Below, piece after piece: positions 1 to 10,567 of a stretch of 17,095 bases of DNA (its first letter is position 1; each line of letters begins with the position of its first letter). The stretch is from contig NW_021824939.1 in the NCBI RefSeq assembly GCF_006345805.1, positions 1 to 17,095 of the forward strand. The letters run 5' to 3'. Under the pieces are notes generated by a model that was given only the letters and a program-made list of their open reading frames with translations, was not told the DNA's origin and did not search any database. The position numbers and the translations under genes were made by a program. Origin of the DNA: Octopus sinensis. Its lineage: Eukaryota.

Positions 1-369
1 GATGCACGCAGTTTACATAGTCTTAATATATCTTTCAATATATTTTATAATTGAAAGAGTATTGTGCTTGCTGACTGGTTTTGCTTTCGTTAATACCAAC
101 ATTGGACTTATTGTAATTTTGTATGTTCTTACGAAGACTTTAGTCCATGTTGTGTGTGGAGAAGTTTGTGAATGAATGATTCATTCACTTGTTGAATGAA
201 TCATTTCACAAACTTCTCCACCCACAAATATGAACTAAAATTTCCTTAATGCAAAATTACAATAATTTCAATGTCAGGATTAGTGAAAGTGAAACCAGTC
301 GACAAACACAATACTCTTTTACTTATAGAATATATAAAAAAATATATTAAACTGTAAACTGTGTTCATC
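1..369. mobile_element. Long imperfect palindrome (fold-back element, probable MITE); left arm truncated by window start
   Basis: Positions 1-187 align with the reverse complement of 193-369 around a 5-nt spacer (CTTGT, 188-192). Example: + GAGTATTGTGCTTGCTGACTGGTTTTGCTTTC vs - GAGTATTGTGTTTGTCGACTGGTTTCACTTTC; GTGGAGAAGTTTGTGAA is identical on both arms. Roughly 80% identity by eye. No termini or TSD are visible, so the MITE label is inference. Confidence 0.75.
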
Positions 370-383
370 TTCCTTCTTTTATC

Positions 384-546
384 ATATATATATATATATA
401 TATATATGGCTATGGTCAGGTTAGGTATGATATATGTGTATGTTATATATAACTGTGTAATATATATATATATATATATTATATATATTATATATATAAA
501 TTTAAGCATAATGGATGTCCACTTAGTGATCATCCCTCTTATTGTA

Positions 547-589
<43 letters not shown>
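384..589. repeat. (TA)n-rich microsatellite cluster
   Basis: Three TA runs (~384-407, ~459-498, ~557-588) with short spacers. Confidence 0.9.
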
Positions 590-592
<3 letters not shown>

Positions 593-1020
593 ATGATCAT
601 ATGATTGATTAGGCTACTGGATGTTTTTATACATCACTAGTCACAATGTGCTTTGTATCACTTTATCTTTTGAATGATGCCACCCCACTGTGCGGCTGTA
701 GCACCAGAACTATCATTTAATATCTGCATTCCATTCTGGTATTGGTTAATTGCCTAACTGGATCCAAGGGCTGTGAGAACTGCATCATATTGCAATGTCT
801 ACTTCAGCATGATTTCTGCAGCTGATAACCTTCTTAACATCACATGGGAAGAAAATGAAATAGAGAGGACTCATAACTCCTGCCAAGATCATGCCAATGT
901 CCTTTGCAATGGTCACATCCTCTATGCTCTATTATATGAAGGACATCTAACCATAGGATCTAAGCAAAAATAGCCATACAAGCAAACTATGTTTTCTCAG
1001 CATATTGATGAAAGCATTAA

Positions 1021-1241
1021 CCCTTTCGTTACTAACCCGGCTGAAACCAGCTCTGGCTTTGTAGTACAAATGTCTTGTTTTCATAAGTTTTGAATTAAAA
1101 TCTTTCACCAAACCTTAGTCACAATTAATGTTCCTAACACTAGATTAATGATAACTAAGTTATTTTACTAAATTCTTTGTTACATTTAAAATAATTGAGA
1201 GAAAAACAGAGAATCTCAAAATAAATACAGTAATGAAAGGG
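1021..1241. mobile_element. Non-autonomous piggyBac-type MITE (221 bp)
   Basis: TTAA at 1017-1020 and 1242-1245 (TSD). 13-bp TIRs: CCCTTTCGTTACT on the left, reverse complement of the right end CCCTTTCATTACT (1 mismatch). CCC termini with a TTAA TSD are piggyBac hallmarks. No coding capacity. Confidence 0.85.
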
Positions 1242-1389
1242 TTAAGAACTAACTTGATTTCTTGTGCTTTATCCAAACCTTGCCAGCATAGGAACTAGCC
1301 CTGAACTGATCCAATGATATAGGGATTGCAAATCCGGATTCTTCAACTGAAATGGTCTTCAGGAGCTCCTTGCATAGCCTATGTGCAAG

Positions 1390-1560
1390 GCACTAATAGC
1401 TCTGGGAGTGTCAGGAAGGGAAAGGAAAACATCTATATGCAATTTGGAAAAGGAAGCAGGAAGGACCTCATGCTCACTTGGGAACAAGCAGAAGGAGTTG
1501 AACAGAATGCCAGAAGATGATGGATAGTGACTGGTCATCGCTGGTGACCTACAAACTGGA
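1390..1560 (+). mobile_element. Possible decayed RTE-type LINE 3' fragment
   Basis: One frame reads GSVRKGK...MLTWEQAEGVEQNARR*W, loosely like the RTE ORF end (GxRxRGRP...LTWEQAxxxAxDRxxW). Weak similarity only. Confidence 0.3.
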
Positions 1561-1705
1561 AGGTGTTGTAGTTTAATGGTTGAAACACCCAAGGGAAGCT
1601 GGATACCACTTGACAACTTCTCATAGCCAAACAGTACAGTCAGAAGTGACTGAGACTGAATTTGCTTGTTTTCCTAATAAATGTTGTGTGCATGTATGTG
1701 GTACA

Positions 1706-1749
1706 ACACACACACACACACATATATATATGTACCTAATTTATATATA

Positions 1750-1826
<77 letters not shown>

Positions 1827-1842
1827 GTATATATATGTGTAT
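1706..1842. repeat. (AC)n(TA)n compound microsatellite
   Basis: Direct sequence inspection. Confidence 0.9.
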
Positions 1843-2271
1843 AACACCTCTTAGTCCATCTCTCCTATGTTCCTGCCTTTAGGCTTTCACTCATACACAC
1901 CTGTTCAATTTGATTTGTTCTCAATCGAAAGCCACCTGTTGTTATTTCTTGTTTTTTATATTTGTAATTGTGTACCATGTTCTCCGTTATTTTCTTTGTT
2001 TGTTGTTTTGTCTTCGTTGCCGTACACATTCACTAGCTTTCTTAGAAAGACTTTTTTTGCGAGCAATCAGATCGTACCATCTCAAGTGTAACTACCTGAA
2101 ATGGTTGTGACTTTTCGAACTTGACTGAGGAAAGAAAGTCCTGAATGACCCATCTTTTTTTTTTGCCTGTCCTTCTAATTGTTGTTTCTCTTGTCTACCT
2201 TTGTATTGCCTATCTGTCCAAATTTTTTTAAATGTCCTCTTTTGCGTTTTTGTTCCATTTTTATATTTATA

Positions 2272-2293
2272 ATATTGTATGTATGTATGTAGC

Positions 2294-2340
<47 letters not shown>

Positions 2341-2460
2341 ATGTATATATATATATTATATAAATATATACATATATGTAAATACATATATATATGTATG
2401 TATGTATGTAGTATGTATGTGTATGTATGTATGTACATGTATGTATGTATATAAATATAA
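2272..2460. repeat. (TA)n/(TATG)n compound microsatellite
   Basis: Direct sequence inspection. Confidence 0.9.
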
Positions 2461-2573
2461 CTATAAGACCCAAATATCGAAGTGTAGAAAAAAAGTGAGT
2501 TTCAAGCAACCATCTCTTCAAGCATACGTTTTTCTTTGAAACCATGTGCCCCACCAAGAACATACACATACAT

Positions 2574-3056
2574 TTAGAAGTTGAAACCTTCTGTTATTTG
2601 GGCGACCAAATAAGCATTGGAGGAGAATACTCTGATAGCCCTGTAGACAGAATGAGGACTGGATAGTAGAAGTTCAGGAAGTTGTTACATCAGATGACAA
2701 AATGTTGCTTGTGTAGAAAGTACAAGGCTGCATTTTAGGGAGACCTGTATGCTGAATGCAGAGTATGTGTGAATATTGATGAGAAATATTGCAAGTATGC
2801 TCTATAGGTTGTATAAGACTTGTATGTATGAATGATTTGGTGTAGATGGGTTGAGAAATAAGATAGGTGTGAGAGGAATCAATTGTTGTGTGCAGGAATG
2901 AACATTGCATTGCTGTTGATATTTGATGGATATGAAGAGTAACAGGAGATCCAAGTGGAAGGAAACTGTAAAAGAGAAAGACGGAGGAAGATATGAGCAG
3001 AATTGGTAAAAGTTTATCTCAGGAGGTTATGTCTCACTAAGGTGATGACAAAGGAA
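2574..3056 (+). mobile_element. Decayed RTE-clade LINE, 3' part of the RT ORF
   Basis: Translation from 2574 gives LEVETFCYLGDQISIGGEYSDSPVDRMRTG**KFRKLL. Later segments read LRNKIGVRGINCCVQE*TLHCC*YLMDM and QVEGNCKRERRRKI*AELVKVYLRRLCLTKVMTKE. These match RTE motifs FxYLG, AxxKFRELL, LRWxGHVxRM and GRGRPRKTW. Many stops and frameshifts. Confidence 0.85.
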
Positions 3057-3090
3057 CACAACAAATGAATGCTGGGATCAGAAACTGAAA

Positions 3091-3293
3091 TACACACATA
3101 TACACACACACACACACATACACACATACACACATATACATATGCACACACGTATATATATACACACACGCACACACGTATACACACACACACGTACACA
3201 CACACACGCGTATACACACACACACACGTATACTCACACATGTAGACACATACACATACATATATATACACACATACACACACATACACACAC
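3091..3293. repeat. (AC)n-rich compound microsatellite
   Basis: Direct sequence inspection; explains the His/Thr and Val/Cys ORFs. Confidence 0.9.
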
Positions 3294-3671
3294 AGACCAC
3301 AAAATGTCAGGAGGTATGAGGGATAAATATATTTATTTAACCAATTGATTTCTGTAGGATTACAGCTGTTTCACAGCCTTCATCATGTAATAATAATTTC
3401 AGTTCCAGTGTATAATAAATTATCTACAATTACTAATCAATACAGATAAAGGCTAGCTTTTCAGATTACCAGAGCATCATGGTTATACCAATGCTTCCTG
3501 ATTTTTCATGGTCTATATACTTCTTATGGAATAATTTCATTGATAAGATCTCATGGATTTCGGCTCGATAAAACTCTACATTAAACTCCTCTGTACTGGA
3601 TTAATTGGTGAGGATTCTATGAATCCATATAGTGCACTAAACATCCATACACACAGACACACAAATACATA

Positions 3672-4076
3672 CTTGCTAACCAACCATATGGTTCCGGGTT
3701 CAGTCCCACTGCGTGGCATCGTGGGCAAGTGTCTTCTGCTATAGCCCCAGGCTGACCAATGCCTTGTGAGTGGATTTGGTAGACAGAAACTGAAAGAAGG
3801 CTGTCGTATATATGTATATATATATATATATGTGTGTGTGTGTCTGTGTTTGTCCCCCTAGCATTGCTTGACAACCGATGCTGGTGTGTTTACGTCCCCG
3901 TCACTTAGCGGTTCGGCAAGAAAGAGACCGATAGAATAAGTACTGGGCTTACAAAGAATAAGTCCCGGGGTCAATTTGCTCGACTAAAGGCGGTGCTCCA
4001 GCATGGCCGCAGTCAAATGACTGAAACAAGTAAAAGAGTAAAAGAGTATGACTGAAACAAGTAAAAAAGAAAAAAA
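3672..4076 (+). mobile_element. tRNA-derived SINE, family 1, 5'-truncated
   Basis: B box GGTTCAGTCCC is present but the A-box head is missing. High identity to the copies at 12117, 12536 and 13471. Internal (TA)n(TG)n tract. (TAAAAGAG)n tail, followed by a second TGACTGAAACAAGTAAAA at 4049-4066. Resembles described octopus tRNA-derived SINEs; exact family name not assigned. Confidence 0.92.
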
Positions 4077-4164
4077 TTACATAAATATATAAGTAATTGA
4101 ATCTCCTGCAAGTCAACATAGGATCCCTTGATGACAATCTTAACTTATGTTGATTAAGGTATCT

Positions 4165-4252
4165 TTGGTCTGATGAGTAGCTAGCAGATTAACCCTCGTT
4201 TAGATAATTAATACTTCTGAGGTTCTGCTAGCTATGAAACATATGTAGTCTG
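4165..4252 (+). ncRNA. Type I hammerhead-ribozyme-like motif (probably decayed)
   Basis: CTGATGA 4170-4176; G4177; perfect 11-bp stem TAGCTAGCAGA (4178-4188) with TCTGCTAGCTA (4224-4234); T4235; GAAA 4236-4239; palindromic stem III ACATATGT (4239-4246); GTA cleavage triplet 4245-4247. Stem I is weak (mostly G-U pairs). Confidence 0.6.
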
Positions 4253-4550
4253 TATTTTATCTACTCCATTCCTTAACTTTGGATATGTGTAAATAAGTGT
4301 ATATAAAAATATATATTTCGTTTTTCGATTTGGTTTGCAAGATTCTTTATATGAGTTTGTGTGTTGAAGCATATTCTGCTGTGTCTGGAGAGAGTCATTT
4401 TCTTTTTGTGCCTTATGATTTAACACACTCACTGGTAAAATTTCCACTTATTTCTTATTTTTATTCTCCTAAAATTTTTGTTGCGTCTTGCAACCTTTTC
4501 AATAGTCTTGACTAAATATATATATATGTATATATACACATGCACACTCA

Positions 4551-4656
4551 TTTGTCCCCCACTGCTTGACAATCAGAACTGGTGTGTTTGTATCCCTGTA
4601 ACTTAGCAGTTTGGTAAAAGAGACCAATAGAATAAGTACCAGGATTACAAAAAATA
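4551..4656 (+). mobile_element. Older 3' fragment of SINE family 1
   Basis: TTTGTCCCCC..TGCTTGACAA..TGGTGTGTTT..ACTTAGC..AAAAGAGACCAATAGAATAAGTAC is a diverged match to the 3' half of the family 1 copies. Confidence 0.75.
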
Positions 4657-4815
4657 TAGGAACTGGCTGAGAGACATTAAAATGTAAATGAATAAAAGAA
4701 TATACATGTATACATAGACATAACAGAAGTAAATTGACACCCTTATGATCGTTAAATTTTTTTTATTCTGAAATTATACATTCAAATTATTTATTAATTA
4801 ATATAATGTGAATAT

Positions 4816-6177
4816 GTAATATGTATTAGACATACCCTTTGCATTTTTCAATGCAGGGACCGTATTAGGCATGCTAATGATCAGATGATGAATATTCTCT
4901 TGAGGAATTTCTTGCCAAGTTTCATGCGGTAATCTCAAAAGATCTGGCTTTGAGAATGCTTGTTCTTTTTATGAAGTTTCCTGTCCATTATTCCTCAGAG
5001 GTGTTCAATAGGGCTCATTTCTGGTGACTGGCTTGACCATGGAAGCTTGTTAATACCATTCTCTTCCAACCAGTCTTGAGTCTTTTTAGCCGAGTGACAA
5101 GGATCCCCATCTTCTAAAATAAAGAGTTTTCTTTAATCACCTCACCACTGGAGAAGATTAGGAGACCTTTGGGAAATATGGACACATATTTATCTGAGTC
5201 TTATGTTTCCCTCACACTCCACCAACTCTGATCGACCATTGCTCCAAATTGTTCTCCAGACCATCGCAAGAATAGCTGCCATATTTCATTGTTGGTTGCA
5301 ATCTTTACATGTCAAATTCTTGATCACAAAGTCTCCAGACACACACTCGACCACTATCAGAAAATAAAGCAAATCTGAACTCATCAGTATCCCAAAATGC
5401 TGCTGGCCTCTCCACCATCTCACAGGCCCAGTTTATTCTCCACTTGATATTGGCTGGCCAAAGATGTTGCTTCCTTCTTGCAGCTCTGCCATAGTAACCA
5501 AGTCTGTGTAGATACCTGATAACTGTTCTGGGACTGACATCAACTTATTCTGCTATGTCAGATAATCCTTGCAACAAGGATTATCCTCCACACTTCTCTT
5601 AACAAAGAGAAGGGTCCAATCAGAAGGCCCTGGTCAACTTGGATGAGGTGATGATGTGAGTTCTCCTCCTCCTATCTTTTGTGAATGCACATCTTAGATT
5701 ATTCTTCTTCTTCTTCTTCTTCTTATTCTTCTCTTCTTCTTTTTCTTCCTTCTTCTTCTTCTTCTTTTCTTCTTCTTCTTCTCTTCTTCTCCTCCTCCTT
5801 CTCTCTTCTTCTTCTTCTTCTTCTTCTTCTTCTTCTTCTTCTTCTTCTTCTCTTCTTCTTCCAGCATTCACCCGGGGGTGGGTTGAGCTGGCTTCATTCA
5901 TCCTCAATGCTGCATCTCTGACAAACGTCGACCAGGTCTGGCGATTTGAGGTTAACGACCGCGTGATCTCCAACCACTCCGTATTCTAGCAGCGAACACT
6001 GTAGATTATGGGGGCCTAGGTTGGGTTCCAGATCAACCTTGAGTGTCATCAGCCAGGTTTTTCATTGTCCATCACTCTATTAACTGTAGAAAGTAGGATT
6101 CCAAGGTTTTCTGCAATTCTACACTGATTAAGTCCACCTTCTCAAGAAGATCACAGTCTTCCTAGTGCTGGTGGCAT
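4816..6177 (-). pseudogene. Decayed Tc1-family (DD34E) transposase, interrupted by an RTE insertion
   Basis: ATG at 6177. HTH-like EGGLNQCRIAENLGILLSTVNRV; SPRTVIRYLHRLGYYGRAARRK; FWDTDEFRFALFSDSGRVCVWR (D1 codon 5383-5385); MVWRTIWSNGRSELVECEGNI; EDGDPCHSAKKTQDWLEENGINKLPWSSQSPEMSPIEHL* (D2 5109-5111, E 5004-5006, exactly 34 residues between); TWQEIPQENIHHLIISMP...AKG. Several stops and frameshifts. Confidence 0.93.
5694..6069 (-). mobile_element. 5'-truncated RTE LINE with (AAG)n tail, nested in the Tc1
   Basis: Minus strand reads KTWLMTLKVDLEPNLGP...EWLEITRSLTSNRQTWSTFVRDAALRMNEASSTHP, matching the RTE C-terminus type ...KxDLEP..GP...W...AxDRxxW...VRD...GSTRPG*. It is followed by ~160 bp of (AAG)n at 5701-5862. 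Tc1 coding sequence resumes on both sides. Confidence 0.8.
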
Positions 6178-6562
6178 GATGAAATACATTCTGTAAACTC
6201 TGTGAAGTGGTTGGAGATAAGAAGGGCATCCAAGCTGCAAGAGATACTAGGTCCAAAATGAAATGTTTATATATGTATGTTGCAATCGATCTAGGTGGGC
6301 ATCTGATTTGAATCCATGCAATTCACGTTAATATGCAAAACAGATATAAAAAGTGATGATATCTGTCTGTCTGTCTGTTTGTTGCTGTTCGTGTATTTAT
6401 CAGTCTATGTGTCTATCTGTCTATCTCTATGCACACACACACGCACACACACATGCGCACACACACACACACACATATACATATATATATATGTATGTGT
6501 GAATGTGTGCCAATATATGTATATGATTGTATGTGTATAGGAAACAGAGAGAAGCAACAGCG

Positions 6563-7075
6563 AGAGTGTGTGTGAATGTGTATGCGTGTGAGTGTGCATG
6601 TGTGTGAGAGTGTATGTGTGTTAATGTGTATGCGTGTGAGTGTGCATGTGTGTGAGAGTGTATGTGTGTGAATGTGTTGTGTGTGAGTGTGCATGTGTGT
6701 GAGTGTGCATGTGCGTGAATGTGTATGTGTGTGAGTGTGCATGTGTGTGAGTGTGTATGCGTGTTAATGTGTATGTGTGTGAATGTGTATGTGTGTGAGT
6801 GTGTATGTGTGTGAGTGTGCATGTGTGCGAGAGTGCATGTGTGTGAGTGTGCATGTGTGTGAGTGTGCATGTGTGTGAGTGTGTATGTGTGTGAGTGTGT
6901 ATGTGTGTGAGTGTGTATGTGTGTGAGTGTGCATGTGTGCGAGAGTGCATGTGTGTGAATGTGCATGTGTGTGAGAGTGTATGTGTGTGAATGTGTATGT
7001 GTGTGAGTGTGCATGTGTGTTAGTATGCATGTGTGTGAGAGTGTATGTGTGTGAGTGTGTATGTGTGTGATTGTA
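6563..7075. repeat. 16-bp minisatellite (consensus GTGTGTGAGTGTGCAT), about 30 units
   Basis: Strict 16-bp period; for example the variant GTGTGCGAGAGTGCAT recurs at 6823 and 6935 (112 bp = 7 units apart). Confidence 0.9.
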
Positions 7076-7369
7076 TTTATAATTGCGTTGTGTATATGTG
7101 TTTGCTTTTGAGTAAAAAAAAAAAATATTATATTGGTTGGTGAGTGTGGCAACGGTAATGTGTCATGCATATCTGTGTTTCGTGTGTTTGCATGTATGTT
7201 TATGGGTAATTAGCTATCACAATATACATGCTTAACTATCTATGAATGCATATACACTTGTGCTTTGCTGATGTATGCTCATGTTTTTGAATAAATGTGA
7301 AAATGGATTGGGGGCCTTTGTTGTTTGGTGGTGTTAATATGAGCATGAATGTTTAATGTTTTGAGCACA

Positions 7370-7393
7370 CATATATGTTTGTATATGTGTGTG

Positions 7394-7464
<71 letters not shown>

Positions 7465-8560
7465 GTATATGTATATATATATATATATGTATATGTGTAT
7501 GTATGTTATATATATTTATGTATATATATATATATATACAATGTATATAATATATATATATATACACTCATGTATTTATGTATGCAGTGTCAACTTATCT
7601 GTTTAACAGTCTCCTCCATCATGAATATATGTTTGTCCTTTAATGTATGGTTATATGTATTCATGTGTGTGTGTGTGTGTGAATATATGAATAAGTGTAT
7701 GGATATATATGTATATATATGTATATATATATATATATGTATGTATGTATTTACATATGCATACTCATGGTTTTGATTAATTGTGTATTTGCATCTGTAT
7801 TTGTATGTGATGTTGCATTCAGATAGTTTGGACTCTTTGTATACACAAGTAAATATATACATATATATATATATTATATATATATATATATCTATAATAT
7901 ATATATATATGTTATATATATATATATATATATATGTGTATGTATATATGCTTGTTTCACAATACATGCTTAATATGTCTTTGAATGTCTATGTTTCTGT
8001 GTGATTCTATATGTATATAAATGTAAATACATGCTTTTGATGAAATGTAAAAGCCTATAGATATTTGAGTATGGATGTTTCAGTGTATGATGTGTGTGTG
8101 TGCATGCATATATTGTAGAAATGCATAAATTTTTTTTAGGGTCTGTGAGAAGTGGTAAGTCACATTACATACATATATATGTACGCAGACACTCACACAT
8201 GCATATGTATATGTATATTTATGTTTATCCATGTATGTGTATGTATATATATATATATGTGTGTGTGTGTGTCTATATATATATATATATATACACACAC
8301 CACACATTTATATGATAGATAGTTAGATATTTAGATAGACAGGTAGATTGATATAACTATATAGGTATATAAATATAGATACAGATAAATCCCTCTACCA
8401 GACATACACATATATATTTCTGTATGTATACACACGCACACACATGCACACATACATATGCACACATACAAATACACTCACATACAAATACACACACATA
8501 CAAATAAACACACATAAATACATGAATATGTGATTGTGTGTAGGTATGTCCTGATTGTAT
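7370..8560. repeat. (TA)n/(TG)n/(CA)n low-complexity region
   Basis: Multiple interrupted dinucleotide runs. Confidence 0.85.
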
Positions 8561-8620
8561 TTTAGGGTGCTTGCTTTGTATGTATTATGTATGTTTGTAT
8601 GGACACAAACGTAATCCATC

Positions 8621-8780
8621 GTGCAGATTATGGCAAGGTGATTAAGAAGTTTGCTCAGCAGTCATGAAGTCCTGGGTTCAATCCCACTACACAGTATTTT
8701 GGACAAATGTTTTTGTTTTTTTATATTCTTGGGTAAATCATGTGCTAAATACAATTGGGTGGACAGAGTTTCTGTGGGGG
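8621..8780 (+). mobile_element. Old, diverged tRNA-like SINE head (family 1-related)
   Basis: GTGATTAAGAAGTTTGCT...CCTGGGTTCAATCCCACT...TTGGACAAATGT parallels GTGGTAAGTAGCTTGCT...CCGGGTTCAGTCCCACT...TTGGGCAAGTGT; B box at 8674-8685. Confidence 0.55.
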
Positions 8781-8989
8781 TCAGTTGACTGGATTATGCA
8801 TATTACACATATGATTCTAGGGGTCAGCATAGTCATATACTGTGTCATGCTGATTTAGTCAGAGAATTACATGAAGGATACTCTTGTTTGTGAAGTAGTC
8901 AACCACTTAGATGTTAATTTATTGGGTGTTATGAGAAGTTGAATGAGAAATGAGGGCTCATCTCTGATACTGACAGGGTACCCATAATA

Positions 8990-9754
8990 TATGTATAGAT
9001 GTGTATATATGTACATATGAATGTATGCATACATGTATGTATGTATGGTAGTATGTATATATGCGTATGTACATGTGCCTTTATGTATGCATGCATGTAT
9101 ACATCTAAAATGTATATAAACATGTATGTATGCATGCATATTTGCATATATTTATATATTCGTGTATAATGTCTTTTGGCAAATTGTGTACACATACAAC
9201 AAAAGTACATATATATATTATTTACATATGTTGTTTTGTATGTATGTGTGTATGTATGCATGAATATATTCATGCATGTCTGTATCTTGTATTTAAGCAT
9301 GCAACTATACATAAATGTTTGTATGTATGCATCTATATATGTTAGTTATACACCTGTGTACTTACATACAAGCATGTATTCCCACATATGTACCTCCATA
9401 TATATACGCATGCATGAATGTATATACGCAAAGGTGTATGAGTGAACATGACTTTGATATGCTATATGTATGAATGCATATATATATATATATATATATA
9501 TATCTAAATTACTATATGTATGTATCCATGAATGTATGTCCATGCTTTGGAATAAATGTCATACTATTTTGGTTCTTATATATGTATGTGGAAATGATTT
9601 CTTCAAAGGCATATACAACTTTATCTAACAATAAACAGTTGCGTTTGTAGTGGTGCAACTCACAGATACAGGCCAGAGTTAATTATACATGCTCATATAA
9701 TTCACTATACATATATGCATACATATACATACATACATACATATATATATACAT

Positions 9755-9794
<40 letters not shown>

Positions 9795-10125
9795 TATATA
9801 TATATATACATACACACACACACATACAAGTATATATATTTATACATGTATACTGTATACATGTATGCATATATGTATGTGTACATGCGTGTATGAGTGT
9901 GTGTGTGTGAGTGTGTGTGTGTGTGAGTGAGTGTATTCTACATGGTCTTGTACATTTTCATTATTGTCCACTTAAAAGTGCAGTGCCACATCTGAAAGTT
10001 TCTCATGATGCTAACGACAGACACTTATTTGCACCACACATATACAACAAACAATATATATATATATATATATACATAAATACATACATATGCATACATA
10101 TGCATATACATATACATACATATAC

Positions 10126-10156
<31 letters not shown>

Positions 10157-10318
10157 CATATACATATACATACATATACATACATATACATATACATATA
10201 TATATATATATACACACATATATATACTTACATATATATATATGTATATAATTATATGCACATACACACATATATAAACAAATTAACATTTACATGATAT
10301 ATATGTGTGAGTATATTT

Positions 10319-10350
<32 letters not shown>
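8990..10350. repeat. (TA)/(TATG)/(ACAT) low-complexity region with short unique islands
   Basis: Direct inspection; includes a (CATATA)n run at ~10095-10200. Confidence 0.8.
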
Positions 10351-10567
10351 GTATATATGACAACATTAATGCACATGCACTAATGCAACATTTTCATGCA
10401 CATGCATTATACAAAAGCAGATGCAGTGACACACGCACGCACGCACGCACGCACTCACATGCACACAGCCAGATACATAGACACATATACCAAAGTTAAA
10501 ATTACAAGCCAACATCTACTTGAAGACATCAAATATCTATCATCTTAATGTTATTGTCACACTACAG

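Noticed and set aside
139-239. Pre-miRNA-like hairpin
   Set aside because: It is only the centre of a much longer palindrome (1-369), with a 5-nt loop and no recognised mature sequence; reported as a fold-back element.
613-1010. Unique, coding-looking sequence (minus frame MLRRLSAAEIMLK*TLQYDAVLTALGSS*AINQ...; ORF 773-973)
   Set aside because: No motif I can name, in-frame stops and no convincing splice pair. A BLASTx search would be needed.
2125-2154. CTGAGGA...CTGAATGACCCATC, a possible third hammerhead
   Set aside because: No GAAA, no real stem II or stem I; it needs too many assumed mutations.
3466-3600. Minus-strand open frame SSTEEFNVEFYRAEIHEILSMKLFHKKYIDHEK...
   Set aside because: Short, preceded by an in-frame stop, no recognised homology and only a weak acceptor.
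4713-4742. Candidate Tc1 terminal inverted repeat (CATAGACATAACAGAAGTAAATTGACACCC)
   Set aside because: Position is plausible, but I found no reverse-complement partner beyond 6177, so it cannot be confirmed.
6206-6237. GTGGTTGGAGATAAGAAGGGCATCCAAGCTG, resembling another octopus retroposon segment
   Set aside because: Too short and diverged to call.
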